Shown here piece by piece: positions 1 to 8,925 of a stretch of 64,000 bases of DNA. The stretch comes from Clostridia bacterium. GTDB taxonomy: Bacteria; Bacillota; Clostridia; Oscillospirales; CAG-272. The stretch is from the NCBI GenBank assembly GCA_017531765.1, contig JAFXKJ010000019.1, forward strand, positions 18,660-82,659, in the 5' to 3' direction. Within the stretch, counting starts at the first letter, position 1; each line of letters opens with the position of its first letter. The notes under the pieces were generated by a model. That model was not told where the DNA came from. It ran no database searches and saw only the letters and a program-made list of their open reading frames with translations. Position numbers and translations under genes: made by a program.

Positions 1-29
1 TTGATTTTTAGTATCGAATGGAGTTTGAA

Positions 30-1094
30 ATGGAAATCAAGTTTGTAAAAAGAGAAAACCTGAAGGCAAAGCCCGACGAGTATAACCTCGGTTTCGGTAA
101 GATCTTCACCGATTATATGTTCATGATGGACTACTCAACAGAGAAGGGCTGGTATGATGCCCGCATCGTTCCCTTTGAGAATCTTTCCATCCACCCCGCA
201 TCCACCGTTCTTCACTACGGCAGTGAGATTTTTGAGGGACTTAAGGCGTACCGCCGTGAGGACGGGAAGGTTCAGATGTTCCGTCCCATGGAGAACATCC
301 GCCGTATGAACACATCCGCTGAGCGTCTCTGCCTCCCCGAGATTCCTGAGGATATGGCATACGAGGCTCTCATGACCTTCGTTTCCACCGAGAAGGATTG
401 GACTCCTTCTGCTCCCGGCACGTCTCTCTACCTCCGTCCCTTCATGTTCGGTAACGACGAGACTCTCGGAGTACACGCAGTTCACAACGCAACCTTCGTT
501 ATTATCGCTTCTCCCGTAGGCAGCTACTACAAGGAGGGCATCAATCCCGTACGTATCATGATCGAGGACGAGGACGTTCGCGCAGTACGCGGCGGTACAG
601 GCTATGCTAAGTGCGGCGGTAACTATGCGGCAAGTAACAGGGCAGGAGAGAGAGCCGCACAGAAGGGTTATTCACAGGTGCTTTGGCTTGACGGTGTTGA
701 GAGAAAGTACATCGAAGAGGTTGGCGCGATGAACGTAATGTTCAAGATCGCAGGCGAGGTTGTAACACCTATGCTCTCCGGCTCAATCCTTCCCGGTATT
801 ACCAGAAAATCCATTATTGAGCTTCTCGGCAGAGAGGGTATCAAAATTACTGAGCGACTTCTCAGCATCGACGAACTTGAAGCTGCTATGGAAAACGGCA
901 CACTTGAAGAGGCTTGGGGATGCGGTACAGCGGCAGTTGTATCTCCCATCGGCGAGCTCTGCTACAAGGGTGTTAAGTACGAAGTCGGCGGTGGCAAGAT
1001 CGGCGAAGTGACTCAGAAGCTTTACGACACACTCACAGGAATTCAGTGGGGTAAGGTAGAGGATACCTTCGGCTGGACCGTAGAGGTTAAGTAA
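30..1094 (+). CDS. ilvE: branched-chain amino acid aminotransferase (class IV)
   Basis: Translation has BCAT-typical N-terminus (LGFGKIFTDYMF, YGSEIFEGLKAYR) and full length ~355 aa. Track ORF starts at 18, but ATG at 30 is preceded by GGAG at 20-23, so 30 is preferred. Confidence 0.9.
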   Translation: MEIKFVKRENLKAKPDEYNLGFGKIFTDYMFMMDYSTEKGWYDARIVPFENLSIHPASTVLHYGSEIFEGLKAYRREDGKVQMFRPMENIRRMNTSAERLCLPEIPEDMAYEALMTFVSTEKDWTPSAPGTSLYLRPFMFGNDETLGVHAVHNATFVIIASPVGSYYKEGINPVRIMIEDEDVRAVRGGTGYAKCGGNYAASNRAGERAAQKGYSQVLWLDGVERKYIEEVGAMNVMFKIAGEVVTPMLSGSILPGITRKSIIELLGREGIKITERLLSIDELEAAMENGTLEEAWGCGTAAVVSPIGELCYKGVKYEVGGGKIGEVTQKLYDTLTGIQWGKVEDTFGWTVEVK

Positions 1095-1100
1095 AAAGCG

Positions 1101-1136
1101 AAAGCTGTCGCAGACATCTGCGGCAGCTTTTTTTTG
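1101..1136 (+). terminator. intrinsic terminator after ilvE
   Basis: 13-bp stem aaagctgtcgcag/ctgcggcagcttt (one G-U), 4-nt loop, followed by a T8 run. Confidence 0.8.
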
Positions 1137-1139
1137 GTG

Positions 1140-1330
1140 TGTGTGGAGATGTTCAAGGGTGAGTCGTCGCATTTCGCGTAAGCGGATATGCTACGCCTGA
1201 CCCCTACAAGCCATAACCGAAATCCAAGTATAGCGGGACGAATGGAATCGTCCCCTACAGATAACGGGGATGCTTTCTTTGATTGAAGCGTAAACGTGAT
1301 CCGAGCGAAGCGGCAATATCCACCTCTATA
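1140..1330. repeat. mosaic of short hairpin repeats, including two CCCCTACA motifs
   Basis: cccctaca at 1201-1208 and 1252-1259. Hairpin gggacg-aatggaat-cgtccc at 1235-1255. ccgagcgaag at 1301-1310 recurs at 40667-40676. Confidence 0.6.
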
Positions 1331-1349
1331 CCTATTTCATCGATACGCC

Positions 1350-1378
1350 TTGAAAAAAACTTCACATTATGGTAAAAT
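1350..1378 (+). promoter_or_regulatory. sigma-A type promoter
   Basis: TTGAAA, 17-nt spacer, TAAAAT with TGg extended -10. Located upstream of the 1481 CDS. Confidence 0.55.
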
Positions 1379-1480
1379 ATAATTGTTAATTCACATTTAC
1401 ATCGTGACGGAACTTATGCAAATGCATAAGTTTGTCTGATGCATATTAGCACCAAAGAAAAACTAAGATCGGAGTGGAAA

Positions 1481-2284
1481 ATGGAGATAGGAATCAATCT
1501 GCAACGGAGCGTTGACCTGAAAACTCAGGTGAAGCTCCTTCATCGCCTCGGTATCCGTCACACATTCTTTTCCTCCGACTGGGAGCTTCTTCCCGATGCC
1601 GTTGAACTGTGTAGGGAACACGGTATCACGGTAGACACTCTCCACGCGCCCTTTGACGGGATTAACGACATTTGGCGACCTGACGAGTCCGGCGACAAAA
1701 TGCTTGAGCGCCTGATTGGTGCGGTGGATAAATGCCGCGACAACGGTATTCCCATAGCTGTCGTCCATCTTTCAAGCGGTAAGCCAATGCCCGAGATAAC
1801 TGAGCAGGGAATACACCGCTTTGAGAGGCTGTTTGCATATGCCGAAGAAAAGGTAGTCAAGATTGCTCTTGAAAATCAGCGATTCCTTGAGAATTTGTCC
1901 TTCTTCCTTGACAGATACCCCAAGATCGGCTTTTGCTGGGACGTGGGGCACGAATACGGCTTCACTAAGGGTATACGTTTCATGAAGCTCTACGGTGACC
2001 GCGCGGTGACAACTCACGTGCATGATAACCGATGCGGCGTTGACACGGACGATCATCTCATCCCCTTCGACGGTAAGATCGACTACAAGACGGTTGCCGA
2101 AAATCTTGCGACAAGTCCGTACAACGGTACGCTGATGCTTGAACTTAAGCGATTCCCTAAGGCGAAAAGCGGTGTGAGCTACGAGAGTTACTCAGACAAG
2201 CGTTTTTTTCGCAGAGCGAGGCGGTCCGCAAAGAAACTGATACGTATGACCATAAAGATCAAAAATAAATATAAAGAGGTATAA
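1481..2284 (+). CDS. sugar phosphate isomerase/epimerase (xylose isomerase-like TIM barrel) family protein
   Basis: Motif pattern typical of AP-endonuclease-2/xylose-isomerase-like barrels (HAPF, VVHLSSG, IALEN, CWDVGHE, HVHDN). ATG at 1481 has GGAG at 1471-1474; the track start at 1439 lacks an RBS. Confidence 0.7.
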   Translation: MEIGINLQRSVDLKTQVKLLHRLGIRHTFFSSDWELLPDAVELCREHGITVDTLHAPFDGINDIWRPDESGDKMLERLIGAVDKCRDNGIPIAVVHLSSGKPMPEITEQGIHRFERLFAYAEEKVVKIALENQRFLENLSFFLDRYPKIGFCWDVGHEYGFTKGIRFMKLYGDRAVTTHVHDNRCGVDTDDHLIPFDGKIDYKTVAENLATSPYNGTLMLELKRFPKAKSGVSYESYSDKRFFRRARRSAKKLIRMTIKIKNKYKEV

Positions 2285-2286
2285 AA

Positions 2287-3069
2287 ATGGCATTCATGGA
2301 AATGAAGATCTACTCCGATGCTCTCGGTCACGGAGTAGGCGTAAATGTGGTGATACCACAGCACGGTGAGACTATGATCGGAATGAACAGCGAAGCAAAT
2401 GACGAGCCCACCTATAAGACTCTCTGGCTTCTCCACGGTCTTTCCGACGACCACACCATCTGGTCCCGTCACACCTCCATTGAGAGATATGCCTCCGAGA
2501 TCGGCTTCGCGGTGGTCATGCCCTGCGTTGACAGAAGCTGGTACGCAGATACAGCATACGGTGCGAAGTATTTTACGTTTATCACAGAGGAACTTCCCGC
2601 AATCCTCAGAAAAATGTTCCGCGGTATGTCAGCGAAGCGTGAAGACAACTTCATCGGCGGTCTTTCCATGGGTGGCTACGGTGCCATGAAGGCAGCGTTC
2701 ACTTGCCCCGAAAGATATTTCGGTTGTATCGGTCTCTCAGGCGCATACGACATAGTTGACATGGCGACCAATCTCGTAAACGATGAAGCAAAGTTTATTT
2801 TCGGTTACAACGATCCTTCTGAGCTTAATGGAAGCTGTAACGACGTGTTCCACCTTGTAAAGTGTGCCGTAGAGGCGGGAAAGGAGCTTCCGCGGACCTA
2901 TATGTGGTGCGGCGACAGTGATTTTATCCGCAGTTCAAGCGAAAAGCTCCACAAGCTGTTTTGTGATCTCGGTGTAGAACACATTTACGACGTCACCGCC
3001 GGCAACCACTGCTGGTGCTATTGGGACACCTTTGTTCAGTGCGGAATCAACTACGTTCTTGGCAGATAA
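2287..3069 (+). CDS. esterase, tributyrin esterase EstA / esterase D family (alpha/beta hydrolase)
   Basis: N-terminus and overall layout resemble pneumococcal EstA as I recall it (MKIYS..GVNV, LWLLHG, GLSMGGYG nucleophile elbow, C-terminal H..WYYW-like HCWCYW). Confidence 0.8.
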   Translation: MAFMEMKIYSDALGHGVGVNVVIPQHGETMIGMNSEANDEPTYKTLWLLHGLSDDHTIWSRHTSIERYASEIGFAVVMPCVDRSWYADTAYGAKYFTFITEELPAILRKMFRGMSAKREDNFIGGLSMGGYGAMKAAFTCPERYFGCIGLSGAYDIVDMATNLVNDEAKFIFGYNDPSELNGSCNDVFHLVKCAVEAGKELPRTYMWCGDSDFIRSSSEKLHKLFCDLGVEHIYDVTAGNHCWCYWDTFVQCGINYVLGR

Positions 3070-3070
3070 A

Positions 3071-3718
3071 ATGTTTGATTATATTTTATTCGACCTTGAC
3101 GGAACGCTTACCGATCCTGCGGAGGGAATCACCAATTCCGTGGCGTACGCTCTTGCCAAAAGAGGCATAAAAGTTTCAGACAAACGTCAGCTGAACTGTT
3201 TTATCGGACCTCCGCTGACGGAATCCTTTGAGAAATATTACGGTCTTTCTCAGAAAGAAGCGAAAATGGCGGTGGAAGATTACCGAGAGTATTTTAAGCC
3301 GACGGGGATCTTTGAAAACAAGGTGTATGAAGGTATTCCCGAGCTCCTCTCACGCCTTAAAGCGGCAGGTAAGACTCTTATCGTTGCTACTTCAAAGCCT
3401 GAGATGTTTGCAAAGAAGATACTATGTCACTTTGAACTTGACCACTTTTTCGATTTCGTTGGCGGTGCGACCCTTGATGCTTCAAGAATTAAGAAGGCTG
3501 ACGTTATAAAATACTCCCTTGAAAACTGCGGCATTACCAATTTAGACAAATGTATAATGATTGGTGACAGACTCCACGACATTGTCGGTGCCTCTGAGTG
3601 CGGCATGAAATCTATCGGTGTACTTTGGGGTTACGGGTCAAAAAATGAGCTTGAAGAGGCAGGCGCTCATTATATTGCGGAAAAGGTAAGCGACATTGCG
3701 ACCTTTGTTCTTAACTAA
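3071..3718 (+). CDS. HAD-family hydrolase (phosphoglycolate phosphatase-like)
   Basis: DLDGTLTD motif I directly after ATG 3071; later S/T and GD..HD motifs. The track ORF's first 13 codons overlap the upstream gene and precede the conserved start. Confidence 0.85.
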   Translation: MFDYILFDLDGTLTDPAEGITNSVAYALAKRGIKVSDKRQLNCFIGPPLTESFEKYYGLSQKEAKMAVEDYREYFKPTGIFENKVYEGIPELLSRLKAAGKTLIVATSKPEMFAKKILCHFELDHFFDFVGGATLDASRIKKADVIKYSLENCGITNLDKCIMIGDRLHDIVGASECGMKSIGVLWGYGSKNELEEAGAHYIAEKVSDIATFVLN

Positions 3719-3721
3719 AAT

Positions 3722-3767
3722 AAAAACTTCCGAAATCTTCTGGAAAACGAAGAATTCGGAAGTTTTA
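3722..3767. terminator. bidirectional hairpin terminator between convergent genes
   Basis: aaaacttccgaa ... ttcggaagtttt arms with A-run upstream and T-run downstream. Confidence 0.75.
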
Positions 3768-3770
3768 TTG

Positions 3771-4547
3771 TTATTTTACCATTTCACCCAAAGCGTGTCC
3801 CGCATCAATGCCAAGCTTTTCAAGTCCCTTGGCGCTGTAATGCCCGTGTATCTGCGGGTGCATATATTCGGGAATTTCGTTAAGCTCCGTTGCAATACGG
3901 GTAAGCATTACAAAATCGGGATTCTCAACACAAATCTCATCCTGAGCTGTGATGATCTCGTCATCTTTGGCGTTCATAGTGAATCTTCCCACTCTGATAA
4001 TGCCGAATTTTTCGATGCCAAGCTCAGTTTTCAGTATACTGTTTAACATTTCAAGCCGCGCCTTGTAGACTTCTCTTGACTTTCCTTCAATGGCATCGCT
4101 TTCTCCCTGAAGCCACACAAAGAAAATGCGTTCAGCCTCTGCGTATTTTTTTGCCGCGAGTGCTTTCTTCACAAGAGCGTCAAGGCTTGCGCTTTCGGGA
4201 AGCCAATCCTTTACTGTTGTGCTTCCTTTTGCCGCGTGTACCGCAAGGACCTCTCTGCCCGTTACATGAACGTATTCCTCACAGAATTTCGGCACGAGAT
4301 TTGTGTGACCGTAGCAAGCCGCGCCTAAAGCGTGGTCTCTCAGCCATGCATCCTGATCTGTACCGTTTGTAAAGGTGTACCCTTCCGAAAAATCACATTT
4401 AATGTTCTCGCCAACGGGATTCTTCAGCGGCACTGCGCAACCCGTTAAAAACTTAAATTCAACTGCGCCGTCAACGGGGGTACTGTCTGAGAGACATTCA
4501 CACTGTCCCTGCATATTACTCTGTCCCGAAAAAATTATAATGTCCAT
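3771..4547 (-). CDS. SASA-family (sialate O-acetylesterase-like, SGNH-type) carbohydrate esterase
   Basis: GQSNMQG near the N-terminus and WLQGESD later are the signature blocks of the DUF303/SASA esterase family. No signal peptide. Confidence 0.75.
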   Translation of the reverse strand: MDIIIFSGQSNMQGQCECLSDSTPVDGAVEFKFLTGCAVPLKNPVGENIKCDFSEGYTFTNGTDQDAWLRDHALGAACYGHTNLVPKFCEEYVHVTGREVLAVHAAKGSTTVKDWLPESASLDALVKKALAAKKYAEAERIFFVWLQGESDAIEGKSREVYKARLEMLNSILKTELGIEKFGIIRVGRFTMNAKDDEIITAQDEICVENPDFVMLTRIATELNEIPEYMHPQIHGHYSAKGLEKLGIDAGHALGEMVK

Positions 4548-4589
4548 TTTGCAAATCCTGCTTTCGTTATATTACACTTAAAGTATTTC

Positions 4590-5351
4590 TTATTCCGTTT
4601 TTACGCTGAAATATTCTTCATATACCGATTTGATACAGCGAAGCTCTTCGTCGGTTAAGGGGGGTGTGTCTTTATATGGATAACTTTGTCCCATAGCCTC
4701 GTATTTGGATGTTCCCAGACGGTGGAATGGGATAAGATCAACCTTTGAAATTCCCACCTCACAAAGATTCTCGCACATAGCGTGCACCGAATCGGGATCG
4801 GTGTTGAAGTCGGGGATCAGCGGAATTCTGACCTTGAACGGAATACCGTCTGCCATCAGACGAGCCATATTGTCTTTGACGAGGGTAAGGTTGCCGCCGA
4901 TTTTTTTATATTTCTCGCTGTCAGCGCTCTTAAAGTCGAACAGGTAACCGTCGAGCACGGGATTTGTGACCTTGAAGAAGTCGTACGGTACAGAGCCCGC
5001 AGTATCAACAAACACAGAGATGCCGTGAATTTTCAAAGTTGAAGCCAAGGTGAAAATTTCCTCAGCCTGAAGCATTGGCTCGCCGCCGGAAATCGTAACG
5101 CCGCCACCGCTTGTTTCATAGAAATCCTTGTCTTCAAGAAGCTCGGGGATAATGTCTTCAACACTCACCCTTTTTCCGACGGTTTCTGTTTTACCGAGAT
5201 TTTTATAGTGGAGGCACACGGGATCTGCCGTGAGGTTTTCGGGATTGTGGCACCAGGGACAGCGAAGATTACATCCTTTTAAGAATACCGTCGTTCTGAT
5301 CCCGTCCCCGTCACCCACGGAAAAATGCTGAATATTCGATAGATTTATCAC
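4590..5351 (-). CDS. glycyl-radical enzyme activating protein (radical SAM, PflA-like)
   Basis: CNLRCPWCHNPE radical-SAM CxxxCxxC cluster motif and GGVTISGGEP. At 253 aa it is PflA-sized and lacks the extra ferredoxin-like insert. Confidence 0.9.
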   Translation of the reverse strand: MINLSNIQHFSVGDGDGIRTTVFLKGCNLRCPWCHNPENLTADPVCLHYKNLGKTETVGKRVSVEDIIPELLEDKDFYETSGGGVTISGGEPMLQAEEIFTLASTLKIHGISVFVDTAGSVPYDFFKVTNPVLDGYLFDFKSADSEKYKKIGGNLTLVKDNMARLMADGIPFKVRIPLIPDFNTDPDSVHAMCENLCEVGISKVDLIPFHRLGTSKYEAMGQSYPYKDTPPLTDEELRCIKSVYEEYFSVKTE

Positions 5352-5354
5352 GTT

Positions 5355-7460
5355 TTACTCCTGTTGCGTACGGTTCAAAATGTCGATCTGGACTGATTTA
5401 CTGAGGGTAACGTAGAATGCGGAAAAGCCGGATACACGGACCACCAGATTCTGATAATTTTCGGGGTGCCCCATAGCATCTATGAGAATCTCACGGGAGG
5501 TAGCGTTGATCTGCATTTCCTGACCGCCCTTCTTGAAGTATGTCTTAATAAGGGCGAGAAGCTTTCCACGTTTTGCGTCCGTGAACATCGCGGGAGAGAA
5601 TTTCTGATTTACCACCGTACCGCAGGCAACCTTAGTGTAGTCGGGCTTTGTTACGCTGTTTACGGTTGACGTTGCGCCTCTTTTGTCCCTTCCGTATGTT
5701 GGGGACGCGGCGTCGGAAAGGGGCTCTCCGCGGAGACGTCCGTCGGGAGTTGCGTTGATTTCTCTTCCTGCTCCGATATTGTCCGTGTTTGACGCCGCGA
5801 CCACGTATATTCCGCCGCCGTCACGGGTCTTATATTTGTCAAAAAGAGATGAAAGATAATCGATGAACCATACGGCGTATTTGTCCGCAAAATCATCGTT
5901 GTTACCGTATTTCGGAGCCGCGAGAAGCGTCATGCGAAGGTCTTCGTACCCTTCAAAGTTGCACTTCAAAGCTTCGCCAAGCTGTGAAAGGGTTACAGTC
6001 TTGTCTGTAAACACTACCTTTTCGATTGCGGCGAGAGAATCTGTCATAGTTCCGATTCCCATAAGCGCCGCACCGTGAACTGACGGATATTTTGAACCGC
6101 CGTCGTTAATATCAAGTCCTTTACCAATGCAGTCGTCGCAGAAGCATGATAAAAACGGCTCGGGATAGAATTTCTGATTTATGGAGTTGTTGCGTTTGTA
6201 AAAGCCTGCGCAGTATTCAGAGACACCATAATCAAGCTGAGCCTCAAGGACCTCCATGAAGCGTTCCATTGAGGTGATGTCACTGACGTCTCCCGTATCA
6301 AGTCCGATGCTGTAGTTTGTAGAGCTGATGCCGCGGTTAAAGATATAATCAAAATACCTCGGCGTGTCAAATCTTCCGTCCGACCACGGCGGCTGTTTTC
6401 CTGAAAGGAAGTTTTCGATACATCCTACCATGCAGTAGTCGTAAACGTCATCGTCTTCGTAGCCGAACCTCTTCAGTGCGGCAATATTTACGTCATCGTT
6501 CATGAGAGCAGGGTAACCCAGCCCCGTACCGATGGTTTTAAGACAGTCATCAAGGAAATCGTCGGGTGTGTTAAGAGTATATCTCAGCGACAGATTGGGA
6601 CCCGGAACGTTACAGTTGCCCACAGCCCGAAGAATACAGCGGCTGAGAGGATTTACCTCGCATTCGCCGTATTTGTTCTGACCGCCGATGCAAATGTTTA
6701 CAATGTCATCCTGAAGTCTGATAAATACGTTTTCAAGAAGCTCTACGACCACCTCGTCGGTGATCCTTCCGCTTTCAATGTCGGAGCGGTAGAGAGGGTA
6801 GAGATACTGATCCATTCTGCCCAGTGCCATTGCATACCGTCCTTCCATGAGGAATGCGTTGTGGCAGAACCAAACGAGCTGTAAACCCTCAGCGAAGCTT
6901 TGAGGCTTGCCTTTTACGATGGCGTTACAGTTATTAATGATGAAATCAAGCTTTTCGTGGTCATACCCTTCAAGATCCTTACAAGCCTCAGCAGCGGCGG
7001 CGTGGTTTTCGATCATTTTCTTAAAGCCGCAGAGGGTGCGCCCCATAGCCGCAAGGGTCTCACATTTTTCGGGATCGTTTTCGTGAAGCTTAAGAGAGTG
7101 GTGGATCTCGTCAATCAGTCCGGGTAGACCTACAGCGATGAGATGTCTGTAGTTCGGAGCATAGTGGTCTTTGTTGGTTTCAAAGGAACGCTCGGGGAAC
7201 ATACGGCATATTCCCTTTGCATGATCAAGGAAAAAATTCTCAATATTTGTAAAGAGAAAGTGGAGATTGCCTGCAACCCATTCGTTTTTCAGAATAATTG
7301 GAGTGGGAATTGAGAAAAGGGAGTAAATGCCGTCGGCACGAGCCGTGCACGGTTTTGCCGATAGATTTTTTTCAAGTCCCTGCGCACGAAAATAATAAGG
7401 AGTAAAATCTTCGGAGGGTTTGTTTTTCAATTCAAAGTTCAAAAGTTCAAAAGTTTTCAT
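5355..7460 (-). CDS. glycyl radical enzyme (PFL2/dehydratase-like), substrate unknown
   Basis: C-terminal glycyl-radical motif RVSGFSAFYVTL and Cys-loop MVGCIEN. ATG at 7460 is preceded by AAGGAG; the track start at 7469 is GTG. About 701 aa. Confidence 0.85.
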   Translation of the reverse strand: MKTFELLNFELKNKPSEDFTPYYFRAQGLEKNLSAKPCTARADGIYSLFSIPTPIILKNEWVAGNLHFLFTNIENFFLDHAKGICRMFPERSFETNKDHYAPNYRHLIAVGLPGLIDEIHHSLKLHENDPEKCETLAAMGRTLCGFKKMIENHAAAAEACKDLEGYDHEKLDFIINNCNAIVKGKPQSFAEGLQLVWFCHNAFLMEGRYAMALGRMDQYLYPLYRSDIESGRITDEVVVELLENVFIRLQDDIVNICIGGQNKYGECEVNPLSRCILRAVGNCNVPGPNLSLRYTLNTPDDFLDDCLKTIGTGLGYPALMNDDVNIAALKRFGYEDDDVYDYCMVGCIENFLSGKQPPWSDGRFDTPRYFDYIFNRGISSTNYSIGLDTGDVSDITSMERFMEVLEAQLDYGVSEYCAGFYKRNNSINQKFYPEPFLSCFCDDCIGKGLDINDGGSKYPSVHGAALMGIGTMTDSLAAIEKVVFTDKTVTLSQLGEALKCNFEGYEDLRMTLLAAPKYGNNDDFADKYAVWFIDYLSSLFDKYKTRDGGGIYVVAASNTDNIGAGREINATPDGRLRGEPLSDAASPTYGRDKRGATSTVNSVTKPDYTKVACGTVVNQKFSPAMFTDAKRGKLLALIKTYFKKGGQEMQINATSREILIDAMGHPENYQNLVVRVSGFSAFYVTLSKSVQIDILNRTQQE

Positions 7461-7514
7461 ATGTAACACTCCTTTAGTTACTCGAAAAAAGCCGAGCAGT
7501 ATATACCTAAGGCG

Positions 7515-7543
7515 ATTATAGCACAGGTCTTGTGAAAAATCAA
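7515..7543 (-). promoter_or_regulatory. sigma-A promoter of the GRE operon
   Basis: Minus strand reads TTGATT, 17-nt spacer, TATAAT with TGc extended -10. Confidence 0.65.
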
Positions 7544-7604
7544 TACTCAGATATATAACTGCCGGGCTTTTTGGAAGAATTTCGGAAGAATTTTGGAAGA
7601 GTAG

Positions 7605-8267
7605 TTATCTTTTCTTTCTTATATTAAAGTCTCTTTCGAGGTTTTCTTTCCATTTGGAATTCAAGGGGGCGTCACAGCGGAGAGTGTGGATAGCGGTATT
7701 CATTGCTTCGTAATTAAGCCTTGTTCCCTCGCTGTCGGAATGGTAGTTTACGGCACGGTCAGCGGAGATTCCGTAACGGGAGGCGGTCTCCACGGCGTCG
7801 ATGTTGGCACCGATGAAAATGAATTCCCAACCGTACTTTTCCTTCTGACGGCAGATAAGCTTTTTTACTTCCTCCGCACTGTAAACACGGCTGGCGTTTT
7901 CCATGCCGTCGGTGGTAATGATGAACATGGTGTGTGCGGGCACGTCACTTGGGCGGGCGTATTTGTGGATGTTACCGATGTGGCGTATTGCGCCACCGAT
8001 GGCATCGATAAGTGCGGTACAGGCTCGGACTGTGTAATCGCGCTCTGTCATTTTCGGTACGTCGCGCAGCTTAAGGCGGTCGTGAAGCACCTCGCTTTCA
8101 TGATCAAAAAGAACGGTTGAAACGTAGCACTCGCCCGCCTCTTTCTTCTGCTTTTCGATCATGGAGTTAAATCCGCCGATGGTGTCACCCTCAAGTCCCG
8201 CCATTGATCCGCTTCTGTCGATGATGAATACAAGCTCCGTTAAGTTGTTTCTTTTAGTGTTTTTCAT
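7605..8267 (-). CDS. von Willebrand factor type A (VWA) domain protein
   Basis: MIDAS motif DRSGSM after a beta-strand (LVFIIDRSGSM), later TDG. RBS agagagg upstream. Confidence 0.8.
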   Translation of the reverse strand: MKNTKRNNLTELVFIIDRSGSMAGLEGDTIGGFNSMIEKQKKEAGECYVSTVLFDHESEVLHDRLKLRDVPKMTERDYTVRACTALIDAIGGAIRHIGNIHKYARPSDVPAHTMFIITTDGMENASRVYSAEEVKKLICRQKEKYGWEFIFIGANIDAVETASRYGISADRAVNYHSDSEGTRLNYEAMNTAIHTLRCDAPLNSKWKENLERDFNIRKKR

Positions 8268-8352
8268 AAGTAAAACCTCTCTTTCATTTGGTGACTTAAT
8301 TATACCAAAAGAAAAGAGAGGTTTGGTCGCCCGCGAAGCGACAAATTATTAA

Positions 8353-8925
8353 TCAAAAAGAATACATAACGGCACCGAGTACAGCAGAGATAAGTATCAT
8401 CAGAATCGGGGATGGCTTTTTCTTACGCAGTTTTCCGTAGATCGTTGCAGTAACAAGGAGTATCGCAAAAATTATCAACCCTTTAATGTCAGGCACCCGG
8501 TACTGACCGACATTGGTGAAATTAAGAATGGTACTTAAAAACATAATACCCGCTGTAGCAAGTATAAGTCCCACAACACATGGACGGACTCCGCTGAGAA
8601 AAGCTTTTACTGTTTTATACTTTAAGAAGTTTCTGATAAGCGAGGCTATTATTAGTATGATAATGAAAGAGGGAAGTACGATTCCGAGTGTTGCAACGAC
8701 AGAACCTATGACACCTGCCTGAGATGACCCGACGTAGGTTGCCATGTTTACGGCAATAGGACCGGGAGTGGATTCTGCCACCGCGATCATATTCAGAAGT
8801 TCATTTTCATTAAGCCAACCGTAAAGTAGAGCTTTTTCTCTGATAAGGGAAATCATAGCATAACCGCCGCCGAAGGAAACGGCACCTATCTGTAAAAAGG
8901 TAAGGAATAATTTCAGATATATCAT
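8353..8925 (-). CDS. chromate transporter (CHR family, short half-size subunit)
   Basis: FGGGYAMI and AVAESTPGPIAVN motifs typical of ChrA half-proteins; multiple TM segments. Confidence 0.85.
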   Translation of the reverse strand: MIYLKLFLTFLQIGAVSFGGGYAMISLIREKALLYGWLNENELLNMIAVAESTPGPIAVNMATYVGSSQAGVIGSVVATLGIVLPSFIIILIIASLIRNFLKYKTVKAFLSGVRPCVVGLILATAGIMFLSTILNFTNVGQYRVPDIKGLIIFAILLVTATIYGKLRKKKPSPILMILISAVLGAVMYSF

